From the IMG/VR virus record IMGVR_UViG_3300033562_000771, positions 1 through 64,000 of that record: DNA of 64,000 bases; one strand, 5' to 3'. Below are positions 19,144 through 29,889 of the stretch, one piece after another (position 1 is the first letter of the stretch; each line of letters starts with the position of its first letter). The DNA is from an uncultured virus (IMG/VR IMGVR_UViG_3300033562_000771) (taxonomy: Duplodnaviria; Heunggongvirae; Uroviricota; Caudoviricetes). The notes below the pieces were generated by a model. It was given only the letters and a program-made list of their open reading frames with translations. It ran no database searches and was not told the origin of the DNA. The translations under genes were made by a program, and so were the position numbers.

Positions 19144-19336
19144 ATGTTCTCCAGTTAACTAGCAACTTCCATGGATACCTCAAGCTGATCCATGAAGCTC
19201 CTAGCAGCCTCTTTCCCCTTAAAGTTAGAGGGGAACGCTTTTTTGAACGGTTCTCCGCCATTGGTCCACTCAACTACCCACATCCCAATACCGTCTGAAT
19301 ACTCCATCAGGGGGTAAAATACCAAGTTAGAATTCA

Positions 19337-19816
19337 TTAAAACTCCCAGGTTGAACCACTAGAATCAATCGTATAACCAGAACTATCAATACTGGCAACA
19401 TGCCCAATCAACTGCCCGTTTGAGTCAGTTACTGATGGAACAACTTCTCGGCTGCGGCGAGTCCTCGATCTAGGGGTATTAGGCACGACTACAGGTTCTT
19501 CGACCTGAATAGTCGGAGTTACGATCTGGGTATTGTGAAACCTTACACGTTGAATCCCCGATTCTGTAGCTGACCTAAGATCCTTCGAGAACATAGGTGC
19601 AACCCGTAGGACAGGCGAACCAATAGGGCGGGTATACGTAGCAAAACCACTCTGCTTTTTGGTGGGCGGCTTTGGGTCCCAGGTATACAACCGATGAATT
19701 GAGACGATGTAGCCCTCAAATTCACCCTCATAAAAGACCTTAGCATCATCCTCATGTTTTGTGAACATGATGGACCCGGACTCAGAAACTACTTTACGTT
19801 TAGAGTGTTTAGCCAT
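19337..19816 (-). CDS. Hypothetical protein
   Basis: ORF with a GGAG RBS, coupled to the downstream gene. Confidence 0.55.
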   Translation of the reverse strand: MAKHSKRKVVSESGSIMFTKHEDDAKVFYEGEFEGYIVSIHRLYTWDPKPPTKKQSGFATYTRPIGSPVLRVAPMFSKDLRSATESGIQRVRFHNTQIVTPTIQVEEPVVVPNTPRSRTRRSREVVPSVTDSNGQLIGHVASIDSSGYTIDSSGSTWEF

Positions 19817-20024
19817 GTGGTCTCCAGTCTAGGTGGTGGTTAGGCCATTGTTCCATCTGGAGACAATGGCGTTGCATAGGGCGCGGTCAGCTTCTGAAAC
19901 CTTAGGGTCGTAGCCGTAGCCTTCCATCCCGACCATGAAGATGCGGTCCCCAATGCAGATTCCGAATCGGGTTTGGCTGTAGCCTTCGCCGTAGTCGTGA
20001 CACTCGTTCACCACTTTAGCTCGT

Positions 20025-20294
20025 TCATTCAACATGAGTCACACCGGGGAACCGTGAAGCTAGAAGTGGCTTACCACAATATGGGCAAAAAGAGAAACCA
20101 TTTTCAACTGGACCCCCATCATCGAAAGCGAACGATGGTCCATCTCCGTTGGTTCTGTGGCAATCAGATGTCCACACACCATTACCGTCTGAAGCCCACA
20201 AGCAGGTTTCGTTCTCTAGCAATCCTGCAGGAGTTAAGGTTTGAACCCAGCATTCAGGCTCGTGGCTTCTACCATGTTCGGGGTCTTTATGCAT
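20025..20294 (-). CDS. Hypothetical zinc-binding protein
   Basis: C.W...W...C......F.FCPYCGK motif. Confidence 0.6.
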   Translation of the reverse strand: MHKDPEHGRSHEPECWVQTLTPAGLLENETCLWASDGNGVWTSDCHRTNGDGPSFAFDDGGPVENGFSFCPYCGKPLLASRFPGVTHVE

Positions 20295-20583
20295 TGGGTG
20301 GGCCTTTTAGGTAAAAAACAGTTTACATAAGTGGGGTGAATAAAAACCCATTCATACGCATATATTCATCAGCTTCTAGAGCCGTAGGAAACCCATCCTG
20401 AATGAGAAGATAGAATCCCCGGTATAAATCTAAGTCTGTTAAAACAACTGGCACTGTAACTACATCATACTTATCATTATAAAATGTGGAGAATACCAGC
20501 CTTGAACCTTCACTACATTCAATTAGGGCTTGTGTATTTAATGGGTGCATAGTTGATCTCGGGTTGCGTAAATACTAGTTTAA

Positions 20584-21168
20584 TTAGTCCGTTTGCTGAG
20601 AATGTTCAACTAGATGAAAGCTAACGGCTTTAATCTGACAGATGACACTCCAGTTTTTATCAGCCGCACAGTATTCAAACACAAACCCAGTTGGACTTAC
20701 CTTTATATCACCTGGGAACTTCTCTTCAATACTTTGGTATGCAAATGTGTCTTTATTAGTCTGCAAAGCTCTAATGTAAAGCTGTCGCATCATTTGTTCC
20801 CGGTCCTCAATGGGATCAATTATAACCGTGGGAAGCCTAGCATCTGACACGGAAGTCTCAGGAAGTTCCATGTAGACAATTGGGAGTGAACCCTCAACTT
20901 TTGGGGAATCTGCAAGAATTACACGGTTCGATGTGTCACTAGAACCCACACTTTCCATAATTTGATCAAATGACCTCAGCGTATCCTGTCTGTAAACGAG
21001 GGCTTCCACAACTCTGAACTTACGCTGTTTTAGATAATCTAAGATTCTAGCATGGTTTGGGTGATCTTCAGTTATACATATACTAGATCCCCTAAGACGT
21101 AGTGTTAATAGGCCATCTACCAATGTCCAAGGAATAGATCTCATAGCAGAGCTAGTCAAACTAGACAT
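20584..21168 (-). CDS. rIIB-like protein (N-terminal similarity only)
   Basis: Lies directly downstream of the rIIA-like gene; N-terminal beta strands followed by DHPNH..I...L. Confidence 0.45.
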   Translation of the reverse strand: MSSLTSSAMRSIPWTLVDGLLTLRLRGSSICITEDHPNHARILDYLKQRKFRVVEALVYRQDTLRSFDQIMESVGSSDTSNRVILADSPKVEGSLPIVYMELPETSVSDARLPTVIIDPIEDREQMMRQLYIRALQTNKDTFAYQSIEEKFPGDIKVSPTGFVFEYCAADKNWSVICQIKAVSFHLVEHSQQTD

Positions 21169-21218
21169 AATTTTAACCTCCTAGTATAGATACGGGTGAA
21201 TTACTTAAAGTATCCATA

Positions 21219-23447
21219 TTAGCCTAGATTCCTATCCTGGTCAGAGATATACCTACCCAGAATTGCATGATAAGTCGCATCTTGATGACCATAATAGCGA
21301 TCTGCCAGAGAGATCATGGGATACCACGTAGTGAGTTCTCCCAGGGTCAAGGCATCCATAAGAGTTTTAATAGACTGCGGAACCCCCATCTGGGTAATCT
21401 CCTGGCCTGTGAACCCAAGCAGGTGGGTCCAAGCGGTATTGACAGGAGTTGGAGTAACCAATCGTGAGATCAATTGGTTGAGTCTCCGCAGGATAACAGC
21501 CTGATGGTGGAACCTAGTCCCCTTGATATGGGCGCGGAGGGGTCCTCTAAGTTTACTCTGAACATACCCCTGGAAAATATTGGGCATACCAGAGGAAATC
21601 TGCCGTAAGCCCATCGAGGCTCTATATTGCAGGTAGGAACCTGGGGGCTCAAAAGAGGTTGCCTTGAGTAATTCAAAAATATTAATCCATGAAGAGTTGT
21701 TCTGAATCCGCTGAACACCCTGTCTGTTAAGGCCATAAAGAACACTGCTAGAGTCAACCGTATACTCGTCATCGCCAAGGGGGACCCGGAGAAGTCTCAG
21801 GGCCTTCCAGACATTAAAAAGTGTCTGAGTATTAAGGGTTGGGATGAGACACTCCAGGTGGTCCAGGGGGACATAATAAAAAGGCCCGTCACCATCAAAC
21901 TCACCTTGAGGCACCTTGGCCCACATAGCTACGTTAGCCTGGGGGGACGCAAAACGATCCCCTCTATAAGACCACGCAAATTTACAAGTATCACTTGGGG
22001 CACGGGGAGCCCTGGGCTTCTTAGGCACAGGGGGTAACTCCGAAGTAAGGAAGATATCGGGGTTCCCTAGAGCATCCACTAGAGACATTAATTCCCTGTC
22101 CCTGGTGGCCTGATTAGCAGTCCCCTCTGGGATAATAAGATATAGAGTTATGTTATAACTTGGGTGGATAGTGTGGAGCATATCCATGATACGCTTGGAA
22201 ATACGCGAAGGCTGTTCAGGCCCATCATGGAGGTAGAAGATAGATGCCTCTGAAGTTTCGACAACAATGGATCTCCGGTCCTCTTCCATAACTAGTTTAC
22301 AAAGCTTATTATTTCGAATGGTGTATCTTCTAGAAGCCAGGGAAAGTGTTGCAAACCCGCGCATATCCAAATCGGTAGACAGACCATCCAGGAGAAAGTT
22401 GGAATATTTCCCAAAATACTGGCGAATGGCAGTCTTAATAATGGGCTTGTAAGGGCTGGAATCAACAAGCCTATCTCTTAGAGCTAACTTAGCATACCAA
22501 ACAGATCTAGCCCCCTCAATTTCATCCTTTACACTTGTGATGATATGGGTATGAACTTCCGAAAGGCGGGTTGCAATAGCCGCAAACGTATCCTTTCTCA
22601 TATCTAGGGACTCTCGGGAAGGTGTTACTGACACCTCCCCGATATCAAAGAAGAGGTCCACAGGGAGCTTAAGAATGCTTTTTTCTGCATCTGTAAGTTT
22701 GGACTCATCCATAGATACAGGGTAGGCCACTTTCCCCATAATAACGCGAGGCCTGGAATGCCCTACATGGTCATTCGCGTGTGGGTCCCGCAGACCCCAC
22801 GTAGAATTCTTAGACACATATGTAGTTTTGGCGGCAGTAAACTCAGAAAGGTTAGTCGTGAAGGCTGGAATCAACTCAAGAACTTTAGCAGCTTTTCGAT
22901 AAAATTCCGAATGGTCCCAAGACCTTACAGGCAAAGAAACAAGAAGGCCATCTGCATTCCCAAGGTCTTCTTCCAGAAGAAGGTTCATTTCAGGTTTACC
23001 ATCTTCACCTTTAAGGGCGCTATAAACCCTAGTGACACCTAGATGCGTAGACTCAACTGAAAAGGTTGAAGTATACGCAAAAGGTGCTTTACACCCCAAG
23101 CCAAATCCACCCGTATTAGAGTTATCCCCAGTCTTGGTGGACGCAAAATACGTTGTATATAGATACATCATATCCTCATGACAAAGGCCAGGGCCAAAGT
23201 CACGGACATGAAAATAGGGTTCAAGGGCAGTTGGAAGGTGCAGTTCTACCGGGCGGTCAGGCTCACCTGATTCAATATGAGCGTCCACTGCATTAATGGT
23301 AACTTCCCTGATTACAGCCGTAACCTTATCGCTGTAGAGCCTATCAGACATAGTCTGGAAAGCATGTGCATTATTAGCCATGCTAAAACTAGACTTATCA
23401 AGAACTCCAGCAGACTCAACCTTATGCAGATGGGTGTTAATAATCAT
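21219..23447 (-). CDS. rIIA-like protein with a GHKL/Hsp90-type ATPase domain
   Basis: LYSDK..AVIRE...NA.DAH, VRDFGPGL, YF.STK, GGFGLG.K.PFAY, PSRESL. Confidence 0.85.
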   Translation of the reverse strand: MIINTHLHKVESAGVLDKSSFSMANNAHAFQTMSDRLYSDKVTAVIREVTINAVDAHIESGEPDRPVELHLPTALEPYFHVRDFGPGLCHEDMMYLYTTYFASTKTGDNSNTGGFGLGCKAPFAYTSTFSVESTHLGVTRVYSALKGEDGKPEMNLLLEEDLGNADGLLVSLPVRSWDHSEFYRKAAKVLELIPAFTTNLSEFTAAKTTYVSKNSTWGLRDPHANDHVGHSRPRVIMGKVAYPVSMDESKLTDAEKSILKLPVDLFFDIGEVSVTPSRESLDMRKDTFAAIATRLSEVHTHIITSVKDEIEGARSVWYAKLALRDRLVDSSPYKPIIKTAIRQYFGKYSNFLLDGLSTDLDMRGFATLSLASRRYTIRNNKLCKLVMEEDRRSIVVETSEASIFYLHDGPEQPSRISKRIMDMLHTIHPSYNITLYLIIPEGTANQATRDRELMSLVDALGNPDIFLTSELPPVPKKPRAPRAPSDTCKFAWSYRGDRFASPQANVAMWAKVPQGEFDGDGPFYYVPLDHLECLIPTLNTQTLFNVWKALRLLRVPLGDDEYTVDSSSVLYGLNRQGVQRIQNNSSWINIFELLKATSFEPPGSYLQYRASMGLRQISSGMPNIFQGYVQSKLRGPLRAHIKGTRFHHQAVILRRLNQLISRLVTPTPVNTAWTHLLGFTGQEITQMGVPQSIKTLMDALTLGELTTWYPMISLADRYYGHQDATYHAILGRYISDQDRNLG

Positions 23448-24221
23448 CGGGGCTCCAAGATCAGGCAATTGGCCTAATCTAAATACGGCCCCTCAAAGAT
23501 AAAAATACAGGACTCTTAAATTTTGTGTAGTTTTGTGATAACGGGAGTTCCACTTGAAACGTTGGGATACTTATACCCATGCACCACTTCAGGTGGCAAC
23601 TCCAAAATTTGGACGATTTTATCCATTAATTGGCATTCTTTACAACTAGGATGCCTGCCCTCATATTGGCAATCAAAGGCACAGTCATAGGGATGTGTAA
23701 GGAAATACTCAGTAAAAATGGCTTTTTCCTGGGGGTCCATAGGCTACTCTGCGATATACTTTCGAATACGGAACTTAAATCTTGGGTTCTCGTTATCAAT
23801 AGTTATCTTATCTTCCCTAGCCAGGGTCCTACTACAATGAACCCAGTTAGTGGGCTCCCATTGCGCCTTGTCTGCATTAAACATTTCGATGACCCAAAGA
23901 AACATAGGGACTCCTGCTACCATTTGTGGGTTAATAACATCTAGTTGCCTGGATAGATATATTATGGGAACTTGCAAAAATTTCAACGTCTTTTAGAGAG
24001 TTAAAGGGGCCATATTCATGCAACTTAGCCTTAGTTGCATCACTGAATCCACACAAGAAGTATCCACGCTCTCGGGTATATGGGAAAATAACTTCATCCC
24101 CAGTGTCAAAATCAGGCCCTCTAGTGGGCTTAGCAATGACCCACTCAGACGGAACGATTACCCACGATTCTTTTTTTACGCTACACATTTACTTCCTCAG
24201 ATAATATATACAAACTAAATT

Positions 24222-24878
24222 TTAGAAACCTTGATGGCTATGTGGTAAGGGAACCCTCACCTTAAGATTCCAACCTTGATTATTCCCTGTCCTAAACATT
24301 AGGTCAAGAGCGCCCTTGGGATTTTTCAAAACGAGGCCCTCAACAGCTTTATCCCCAGCCTCTTTGATGCCTCTAAATGTCTCCGCGAACCCTTCATTAA
24401 GAGTTTTAGCAAGCCAGATCCCAGGGGCCACCACAGTATGAGAGGGTGCGTTATTCTCCATAGGGGGGAGAATAGACCTAAGGAACTCCTGCCGTTCATC
24501 AAACGTAGTCCCGATGAGTTGAATGGAATCACTGACCAGGATATCAAAAATATACAGAGTATCCTTGATAAGCGGGGTCTTGTCATTCAGGAGTTCAGCC
24601 AGAAAAACGGTCCACTTGCCCCTGGTCCCAAACTCAGCAATAGCCTTGGTCTTGTTCCCAAGGCTCCACATCTTATGGGGAGTGTTATGTCGCGTGAGCG
24701 TATGAACAGTACCCGTTGGGCTAACCCCAATCAAACTACAAGTTCCGTTCATCTTATAGGTCCCAATCCAACCCTTGAGTTCCATATCAGTTAAAACATC
24801 GGGAGATACGGCTGTTTCTGGACGAGGGGGATACAAAAATTGCCAGGATTCATAAGGAATCTTGATCGTAGGGTTCAT
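24222..24878 (-). CDS. Minimal ATP-dependent DNA ligase (adenylation domain)
   Basis: KMNG motif I variant, LAEL, YIFDIL, ER...L, EGLVLK and K.R; start placed at MNPT after GGAGG. Confidence 0.75.
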   Translation of the reverse strand: MNPTIKIPYESWQFLYPPRPETAVSPDVLTDMELKGWIGTYKMNGTCSLIGVSPTGTVHTLTRHNTPHKMWSLGNKTKAIAEFGTRGKWTVFLAELLNDKTPLIKDTLYIFDILVSDSIQLIGTTFDERQEFLRSILPPMENNAPSHTVVAPGIWLAKTLNEGFAETFRGIKEAGDKAVEGLVLKNPKGALDLMFRTGNNQGWNLKVRVPLPHSHQGF

Positions 24879-24956
24879 AGTAACCTCCAAAGTTAAGATA
24901 CGATCAGATCCCCACAAAGATACAGCAAGTCCCATTTTCCCTTTAGGGGGTGCTTC

Positions 24957-25829
24957 ATGACAAATCAGGAATTAGAGGCCTTATTGCTTAATACTTCAGA
25001 TGAGGTAGTTTGGGTGGCTAAATATATTAATTTAGTTACCACTCAACTACACTATGAAACTGGGGGGGAACAACACCATATTCTCCCACGATGTATGTGG
25101 CCCGAGTTTTCTAAATTAAGTAAGAATCCTTGGAATAGGGTTTGTTTATCTCTACAAAATCATTTCATGGCACATTACTATCTTTACAGGGCATTCCCGA
25201 CTAATAGAGGAGTCGCATATGGATTATGGTTTATGTTATCCCGACACTCAGTTACGTTATCCGAAGCAGAAGCGCGTATTTTTTCAAGTAAGTATGCGGA
25301 TATAAGAACTGAGATTCTCAAAAAATCAGTGGGTAGCCCGAATCCTAGTATAAAAGGCACACTAGTGGTCCGTGATGCTACTAATAACTGTATGAGAGTC
25401 CAAAGTAATGATCCTAGGTTACTCCGGAAAGAGCTTAAACCTGTGGGTGCAGGGCCAAAAAATATGGTGAATAAAGTTAGAATTAATAAGGACGGGGTTG
25501 AGAAAGGGGTCCCTGAGGGGGATGTCCCCAAGTATTTAAGTTTAGGATGGTCCCTTGGCCGTATTTTTAAGTTTAGTTCTTCTAAAGGTCATCAATGGAT
25601 GAACTTTAATGGAAAAGATAAATTAATACCGCCTGATCAAGTTGAGGAAATGGTGACTCTGGGATGGTCCCCCGGAAGGCTTAAAGGGAATTTTATTACA
25701 AATGTTCATAGTAAAGGGAGGGTATGGGTCACTAACGGGATCCAGAACAGGATGGTAACTATTTCCGAAAGTAAAAAAGCCATACAAGAGGGTTGGTCCC
25801 TAGGATGCACACAAAAGCATTCTACCTAA
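24957..25829 (+). CDS. HNH homing endonuclease with C-terminal NUMOD-like repeats (on the PLUS strand; the ORF track labels it minus)
   Basis: ATGACAAATCAGGAATTA (MTNQEL) reads on the + strand at 24957 and ends TAA at 25829; EQHHILPRC...N.V.L...NH..AH; repeated W.N.G...GW..GR units. Confidence 0.85.
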   Translation: MTNQELEALLLNTSDEVVWVAKYINLVTTQLHYETGGEQHHILPRCMWPEFSKLSKNPWNRVCLSLQNHFMAHYYLYRAFPTNRGVAYGLWFMLSRHSVTLSEAEARIFSSKYADIRTEILKKSVGSPNPSIKGTLVVRDATNNCMRVQSNDPRLLRKELKPVGAGPKNMVNKVRINKDGVEKGVPEGDVPKYLSLGWSLGRIFKFSSSKGHQWMNFNGKDKLIPPDQVEEMVTLGWSPGRLKGNFITNVHSKGRVWVTNGIQNRMVTISESKKAIQEGWSLGCTQKHST

Positions 25830-25842
25830 CTCAGAAAAAGAT

Positions 25843-26232
25843 CCACCTACCAGCCAGATTTATCCTAATCTTCTACTAAGTGTACACCGTCTAGTTCATA
25901 TACTCCAGAATCTAGGAGGAAAGAACTAATAAGGATTTTCATTTCGTCTTTGTTTTCTGGTCTCGGTCTGGATCTATTTGTAAGATACCATTCGTAATAC
26001 CATCCTCGAATTTCATCTAGGTTATTAAATATTTCTATAATCTTATCTTGCTCCCTAGGAGAATGGAGGATTAGGAAGCGGGAATAACCTGTAACGTCCA
26101 AACAGGCAGAGGGTTCGAGTTCTCCTTCCCTCTTGATAGCTTCGAACTCTATTAGAGTTTTGTTCTTGGAATCTCTAATAAACAGTGTCATCAGGTCTCC
26201 TTTTTTTGAGCCACCTACCAGCCAGATTTATC
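25843..26232. repeat. 22-bp direct repeat CCACCTACCAGCCAGATTTATC at 25843-25864 and 26211-26232
   Basis: Exact match visible; the two copies flank the CDS at 25865-26191. Confidence 0.92.
25865..26191 (-). CDS. Hypothetical protein flanked by direct repeats
   Basis: ORF with an AAGGAG RBS. Confidence 0.65.
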   Translation of the reverse strand: MTLFIRDSKNKTLIEFEAIKREGELEPSACLDVTGYSRFLILHSPREQDKIIEIFNNLDEIRGWYYEWYLTNRSRPRPENKDEMKILISSFLLDSGVYELDGVHLVED

Positions 26233-26532
26233 TTCTGAGAACCCATACCGATGCTCAAATCGCCTAGCATCTACTTCATTATCATAGAGCCTACACCCCC
26301 AAAGTGCAGGGGGATTTGGGGTGAAGCTCCCATAGTGTTTTTGGACTTCTGGAGTTGCAAAATTTTGACAAGCTTCCTCAAAAGTTTCTCCCCAGGAGGT
26401 GCCAAGGTATTGAGCGGTGGCTCTATCCCCTGAAGCCATATACCCTTCAGACCAGATCGAGAACTGTCTGAGGTGTTTCTTTTCAGGAGGTGGGGGTAGA
26501 TCCTTGAGCGTTGGAGTTGTAATTGAATTCAC
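26215..26532 (-). CDS. Phage hypothetical protein
   Basis: IWSEGY.A.G....A.YLG...TF.EAC...WGCRLYDNE..AR motif; GGAGG RBS. Confidence 0.65.
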   Translation of the reverse strand: MNSITTPTLKDLPPPPEKKHLRQFSIWSEGYMASGDRATAQYLGTSWGETFEEACQNFATPEVQKHYGSFTPNPPALWGCRLYDNEVDARRFEHRYGFSEDKSGW

Positions 26533-26566
26533 AGATCCTCCCTGTTAGAGGGTAGTTTCAAGATGC

Positions 26567-26592
26567 TTGTTTGTTTGTTTGTTTGTTTGTTT
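26567..26592. repeat. (TTGT)6.5 microsatellite
   Basis: Directly visible in the intergenic region. Confidence 0.95.
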
Positions 26593-27131
26593 CAATCCAC
26601 TCACCACTGTTTAGGTGGTGAGACCCGCGCACAGGGTGAGTGTGCGGAAGTGGGTTTGCGGGGGGAATCTCCAGGGGTCTACCCGACCACTTTGAATAGA
26701 TCCACCCCCAAAAATCTCCACGGAAGGACATAGACCCTCAATTAGCACTAAACGCCCCCTTTTCGAGAAGGTGGTTGATGGCTGCAATAACCGAAGCAGC
26801 CCTCCCCGCGCACCATCTGTCAGAACAATAATGGATCTGACCCGCGAGATCCTCAAGAGTCTTGAAAGAATCTAGAGGATAATAGATATACCCGTCATAT
26901 TCTTTTTCAGCACCCACAATTCGCATGAGAGCCCGGCGAAAGTTCATGAGGGTAGAGGGATCAATCTTTCCGCGATCCAATTGTCGAGATACCCGCAGAC
27001 TGAATAGGAAGAGGGTGGCACTAGGACCATTCAGCCTAACCACCCCATAGTAAGGTCGGCGCATATTTTTGAATTTTGATACATACCTAAGTTTCATCCT
27101 AGTTCCTTTTACCGCCAAATTCTACGTTAAC

Positions 27132-29681
27132 CTAGATACGGTGAGAATATATAGGAAGTCCAACTCTCTTACTACGAATATAAGTAATAATCTCTTCCAT
27201 TTCAGAGCGAGGGTTCAAAGCTTGAACTTCCGCCTCGGTCATGGACTCCCAGTTAGTGACTAGAGTGGACTTTTCGAGGAGTTTGGCAGAGAGTTGCTCA
27301 TCGTAGGTTCCAGGAGCGGTCATATAAATGATGTTAACACTCTTAGTTTGACCAATGCGGTAGGCCCTATCTTCAGCCTGAGCAGCCAAAGCAGGGTTCC
27401 AAGGCTTATCATTGAAGATAACATGGCTGGCAGCAGTCAGAGTAATAGCCACACCGCAAGCCTTGATATTACCTACTAGAACACGGATTTCCGGGTTGTC
27501 TTGGAAGGCTTCTACCGAAGCTTCCCGCTTAGCCCCCGTGATGGAGCCATCAATATATACAGCTTTTTCACCGAAGTGCTCAAGGATACTCTGCAAAACA
27601 TCAGTATACTCAGTGAAAATAATCACCTTGTTCCCAGCGTCAACTACAGCATCAGCCTCAGCCAGAGTAGCTTCCACCTTCATTCTAGCTGTAGCAATCT
27701 TCATTTCCGTAATGTAAGGCAGGATGCAGGGAGCCTCGTCCTCTTCGTCAGCACCTTCCAAGGCCAGTTCAATAGCCCGTTCCAGTCTACGGATTTCCAT
27801 CAAATCCTTGTTGGAAACTTCGACCTGGAAGTCATCACGCATTTTATTGGGGAGGTCCTTAAGAACATCCACCTTCATAACTTTACGATAGATGGGGGCC
27901 AACTTAGAAGCCAACTCGGGAAGGTTGGAGGCACCATTAGCCATCCAAACCGTGCGCCCATGACCAACATAGCGAGACTCACCGCCACAGTAGCGTTCTT
28001 CAAATTGACGCTTAGACCGACCCAATCGGTGGTCAACAGCACGAAGGGTGGTAAAGAGTTCCTTCATTCTATTCATAATGAAGGTTCCGGTCATCGTCCA
28101 GACATTAGGAATATTCGAAAGAATTGCCTTATCCATGGTCTGCGTGGTGCGATTAAACGTAGGAATCAGTGCAGCCGCTCTCTGGGTTGAATAGGTCTTA
28201 ATCTGATGGCACTCATCAAGGATAGCGATATCAAACTTTGCGCTCATAAGAGCGTCTTTGTAATAGCTGATGATGTCATAATTGATGATGGTCCAACGAG
28301 CCGCAGGGTCCAGTGTCGCACTGCGACCAACGACCACCTGAATCTTCTCCTCTGCACCAATCCACTTCTTGATTTCCTTAGCCCAGTTAAGCTTGGCTAC
28401 AGCAGGAACGACCACCAGGAAACGCCCGGTTGGGCATTTAAAGTTTGCAGCCACTAGACTTGACAGGGTCTTGCCCGTCCCCATGTCATTGCCAAGCAAC
28501 TTGGAACAGCCCTTGGCATCAGCCGCAGGTTTGATCAAAAAGGCCACATCATCAACCTGATGGGGGAAAAGACTAAACCCTGTGGGAGTCTTGGTGGGGA
28601 TGGCAGAATCCGAAGCAAGGCGATGCTCAAGATCAGCTTCCGAAGGCAGGAAAGCATCCAGCGCAGAGGTATCAAACTGAGGATTGGTTGCGAGAGACGC
28701 CGCAATAGCTGGGATAGAGGTTTGATCAACCACCCATCCACCCGCACCATCATAACGTCCCTGTGCGTTGCGACAAACGCTGATGAAATTCTCCTGATAC
28801 TTACGAATGGAGAGCTTAACCTTGTTCTCACCAACCTTGGTAAGCTTGACGCGCAAAGAGTTAGTTGCAATTTCTTCTTTCAGAGCCTGAATTTCAGGGT
28901 CCGAAGTGACAAAAGGTTCCAGAGCAGAGGTGTCCACCTTATCCAGGTTGAGGTCAAGCATGGTCAGAGCTAGCACGGAAAGATTCTCGGGTTTCATTTC
29001 CCAACCCCCCGCACCATTGTATCGCGCTCCAATACTCTTCACGATATCCTTAATCTGTCCAAACAGGGGGTTGGCACTAGAATACGTCCAACTGACAGTA
29101 TTCTCTGAGACAGTAAAGGTGATACCATTCTTCTGTTTTTCTGGAAGAGATCCAGTAGGGATAACCATCTGAGGGCAAGACTCAATAATTGATTCCAGAG
29201 CTTCAGCATGGAGAATGGTTGCACCAAGGACACGGGTAGCCTCCTGCACCCGAGAGTTAGCTAGCAACCATCCCGTAGAGGTTCTGGTAGCACCCAGCCG
29301 TTTCAAGGAACGAGTGGTCTCAAGGCCAAGACGAACCCCATTAAAAATCACCCCAGACTCAGTAGCAACGAAGCCTAGCTTGCCCTCAAGATTAGTTCGG
29401 GCATCATTGAGAATGGTTCTAGCGGAAGCCCTACTCCCATCGAAATCTTCCGGCAAATGCTCCAAAAGATCCGCTTTCAAGATCCCGTGCCCCTCAGCCT
29501 GACCCGTGTAGAGCCAAAGCAGGGCCGCAGATTTCTCTACGTCCCCTGTCACGGATAGAACCATTCCAAGCGGAAAATCAGCATTACTGAAACCCGTTGC
29601 ATCCTTCTCCCCAGGGGAAGCCGCCTGAACTGATGCCATCATATCGGTCACAGCCAGGATACGTTCTACGGAGTTAGTCAC
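27132..29681 (-). CDS. SNF2/SMARCAL1-like helicase (annealing helicase type)
   Basis: LFPHQ, DMGTGKT, VVVPA..K.NW..EI..W, INYD, LDECH, MTGT, GVAITLTAA, WNP....QAEDRAYRIGQ; two N-terminal G.RY.G.GGW repeats resembling HARP-like domains. Confidence 0.92.
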   Translation of the reverse strand: MTNSVERILAVTDMMASVQAASPGEKDATGFSNADFPLGMVLSVTGDVEKSAALLWLYTGQAEGHGILKADLLEHLPEDFDGSRASARTILNDARTNLEGKLGFVATESGVIFNGVRLGLETTRSLKRLGATRTSTGWLLANSRVQEATRVLGATILHAEALESIIESCPQMVIPTGSLPEKQKNGITFTVSENTVSWTYSSANPLFGQIKDIVKSIGARYNGAGGWEMKPENLSVLALTMLDLNLDKVDTSALEPFVTSDPEIQALKEEIATNSLRVKLTKVGENKVKLSIRKYQENFISVCRNAQGRYDGAGGWVVDQTSIPAIAASLATNPQFDTSALDAFLPSEADLEHRLASDSAIPTKTPTGFSLFPHQVDDVAFLIKPAADAKGCSKLLGNDMGTGKTLSSLVAANFKCPTGRFLVVVPAVAKLNWAKEIKKWIGAEEKIQVVVGRSATLDPAARWTIINYDIISYYKDALMSAKFDIAILDECHQIKTYSTQRAAALIPTFNRTTQTMDKAILSNIPNVWTMTGTFIMNRMKELFTTLRAVDHRLGRSKRQFEERYCGGESRYVGHGRTVWMANGASNLPELASKLAPIYRKVMKVDVLKDLPNKMRDDFQVEVSNKDLMEIRRLERAIELALEGADEEDEAPCILPYITEMKIATARMKVEATLAEADAVVDAGNKVIIFTEYTDVLQSILEHFGEKAVYIDGSITGAKREASVEAFQDNPEIRVLVGNIKACGVAITLTAASHVIFNDKPWNPALAAQAEDRAYRIGQTKSVNIIYMTAPGTYDEQLSAKLLEKSTLVTNWESMTEAEVQALNPRSEMEEIITYIRSKRVGLPIYSHRI

Positions 29682-29889
29682 TGGTCCCCCATGCCCTAGA
29701 TACGGGTGGGCTATCCAAAAAATCCAATGACAATGGCTTCTGCTTAGAAATTGGGGGAGCTTTCACAACCAAAATTTCGGAAGTGGTCCCCTTCCAATGA
29801 CAGTGATCACACTCCCACCAATCAGTAGTATGGAACTTGTGCAAAGTTCCTCTACAGGATTCATTTGGACAGGACTCTTTAGCAATCAT
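29674..29889 (-). CDS. Small zinc-ribbon protein
   Basis: CPNESC...CDHC; GGAGG RBS. Confidence 0.55.
   Translation of the reverse strand: MIAKESCPNESCRGTLHKFHTTDWWECDHCHWKGTTSEILVVKAPPISKQKPLSLDFLDSPPVSRAWGTSD

Noticed and set aside
27294..29502. Multiple plus-strand ORFs opposite the SNF2 helicase (and similar ones opposite the tail and head genes)
   Set aside because: Antisense shadows of long genuine genes, with no recognisable motifs or RBS
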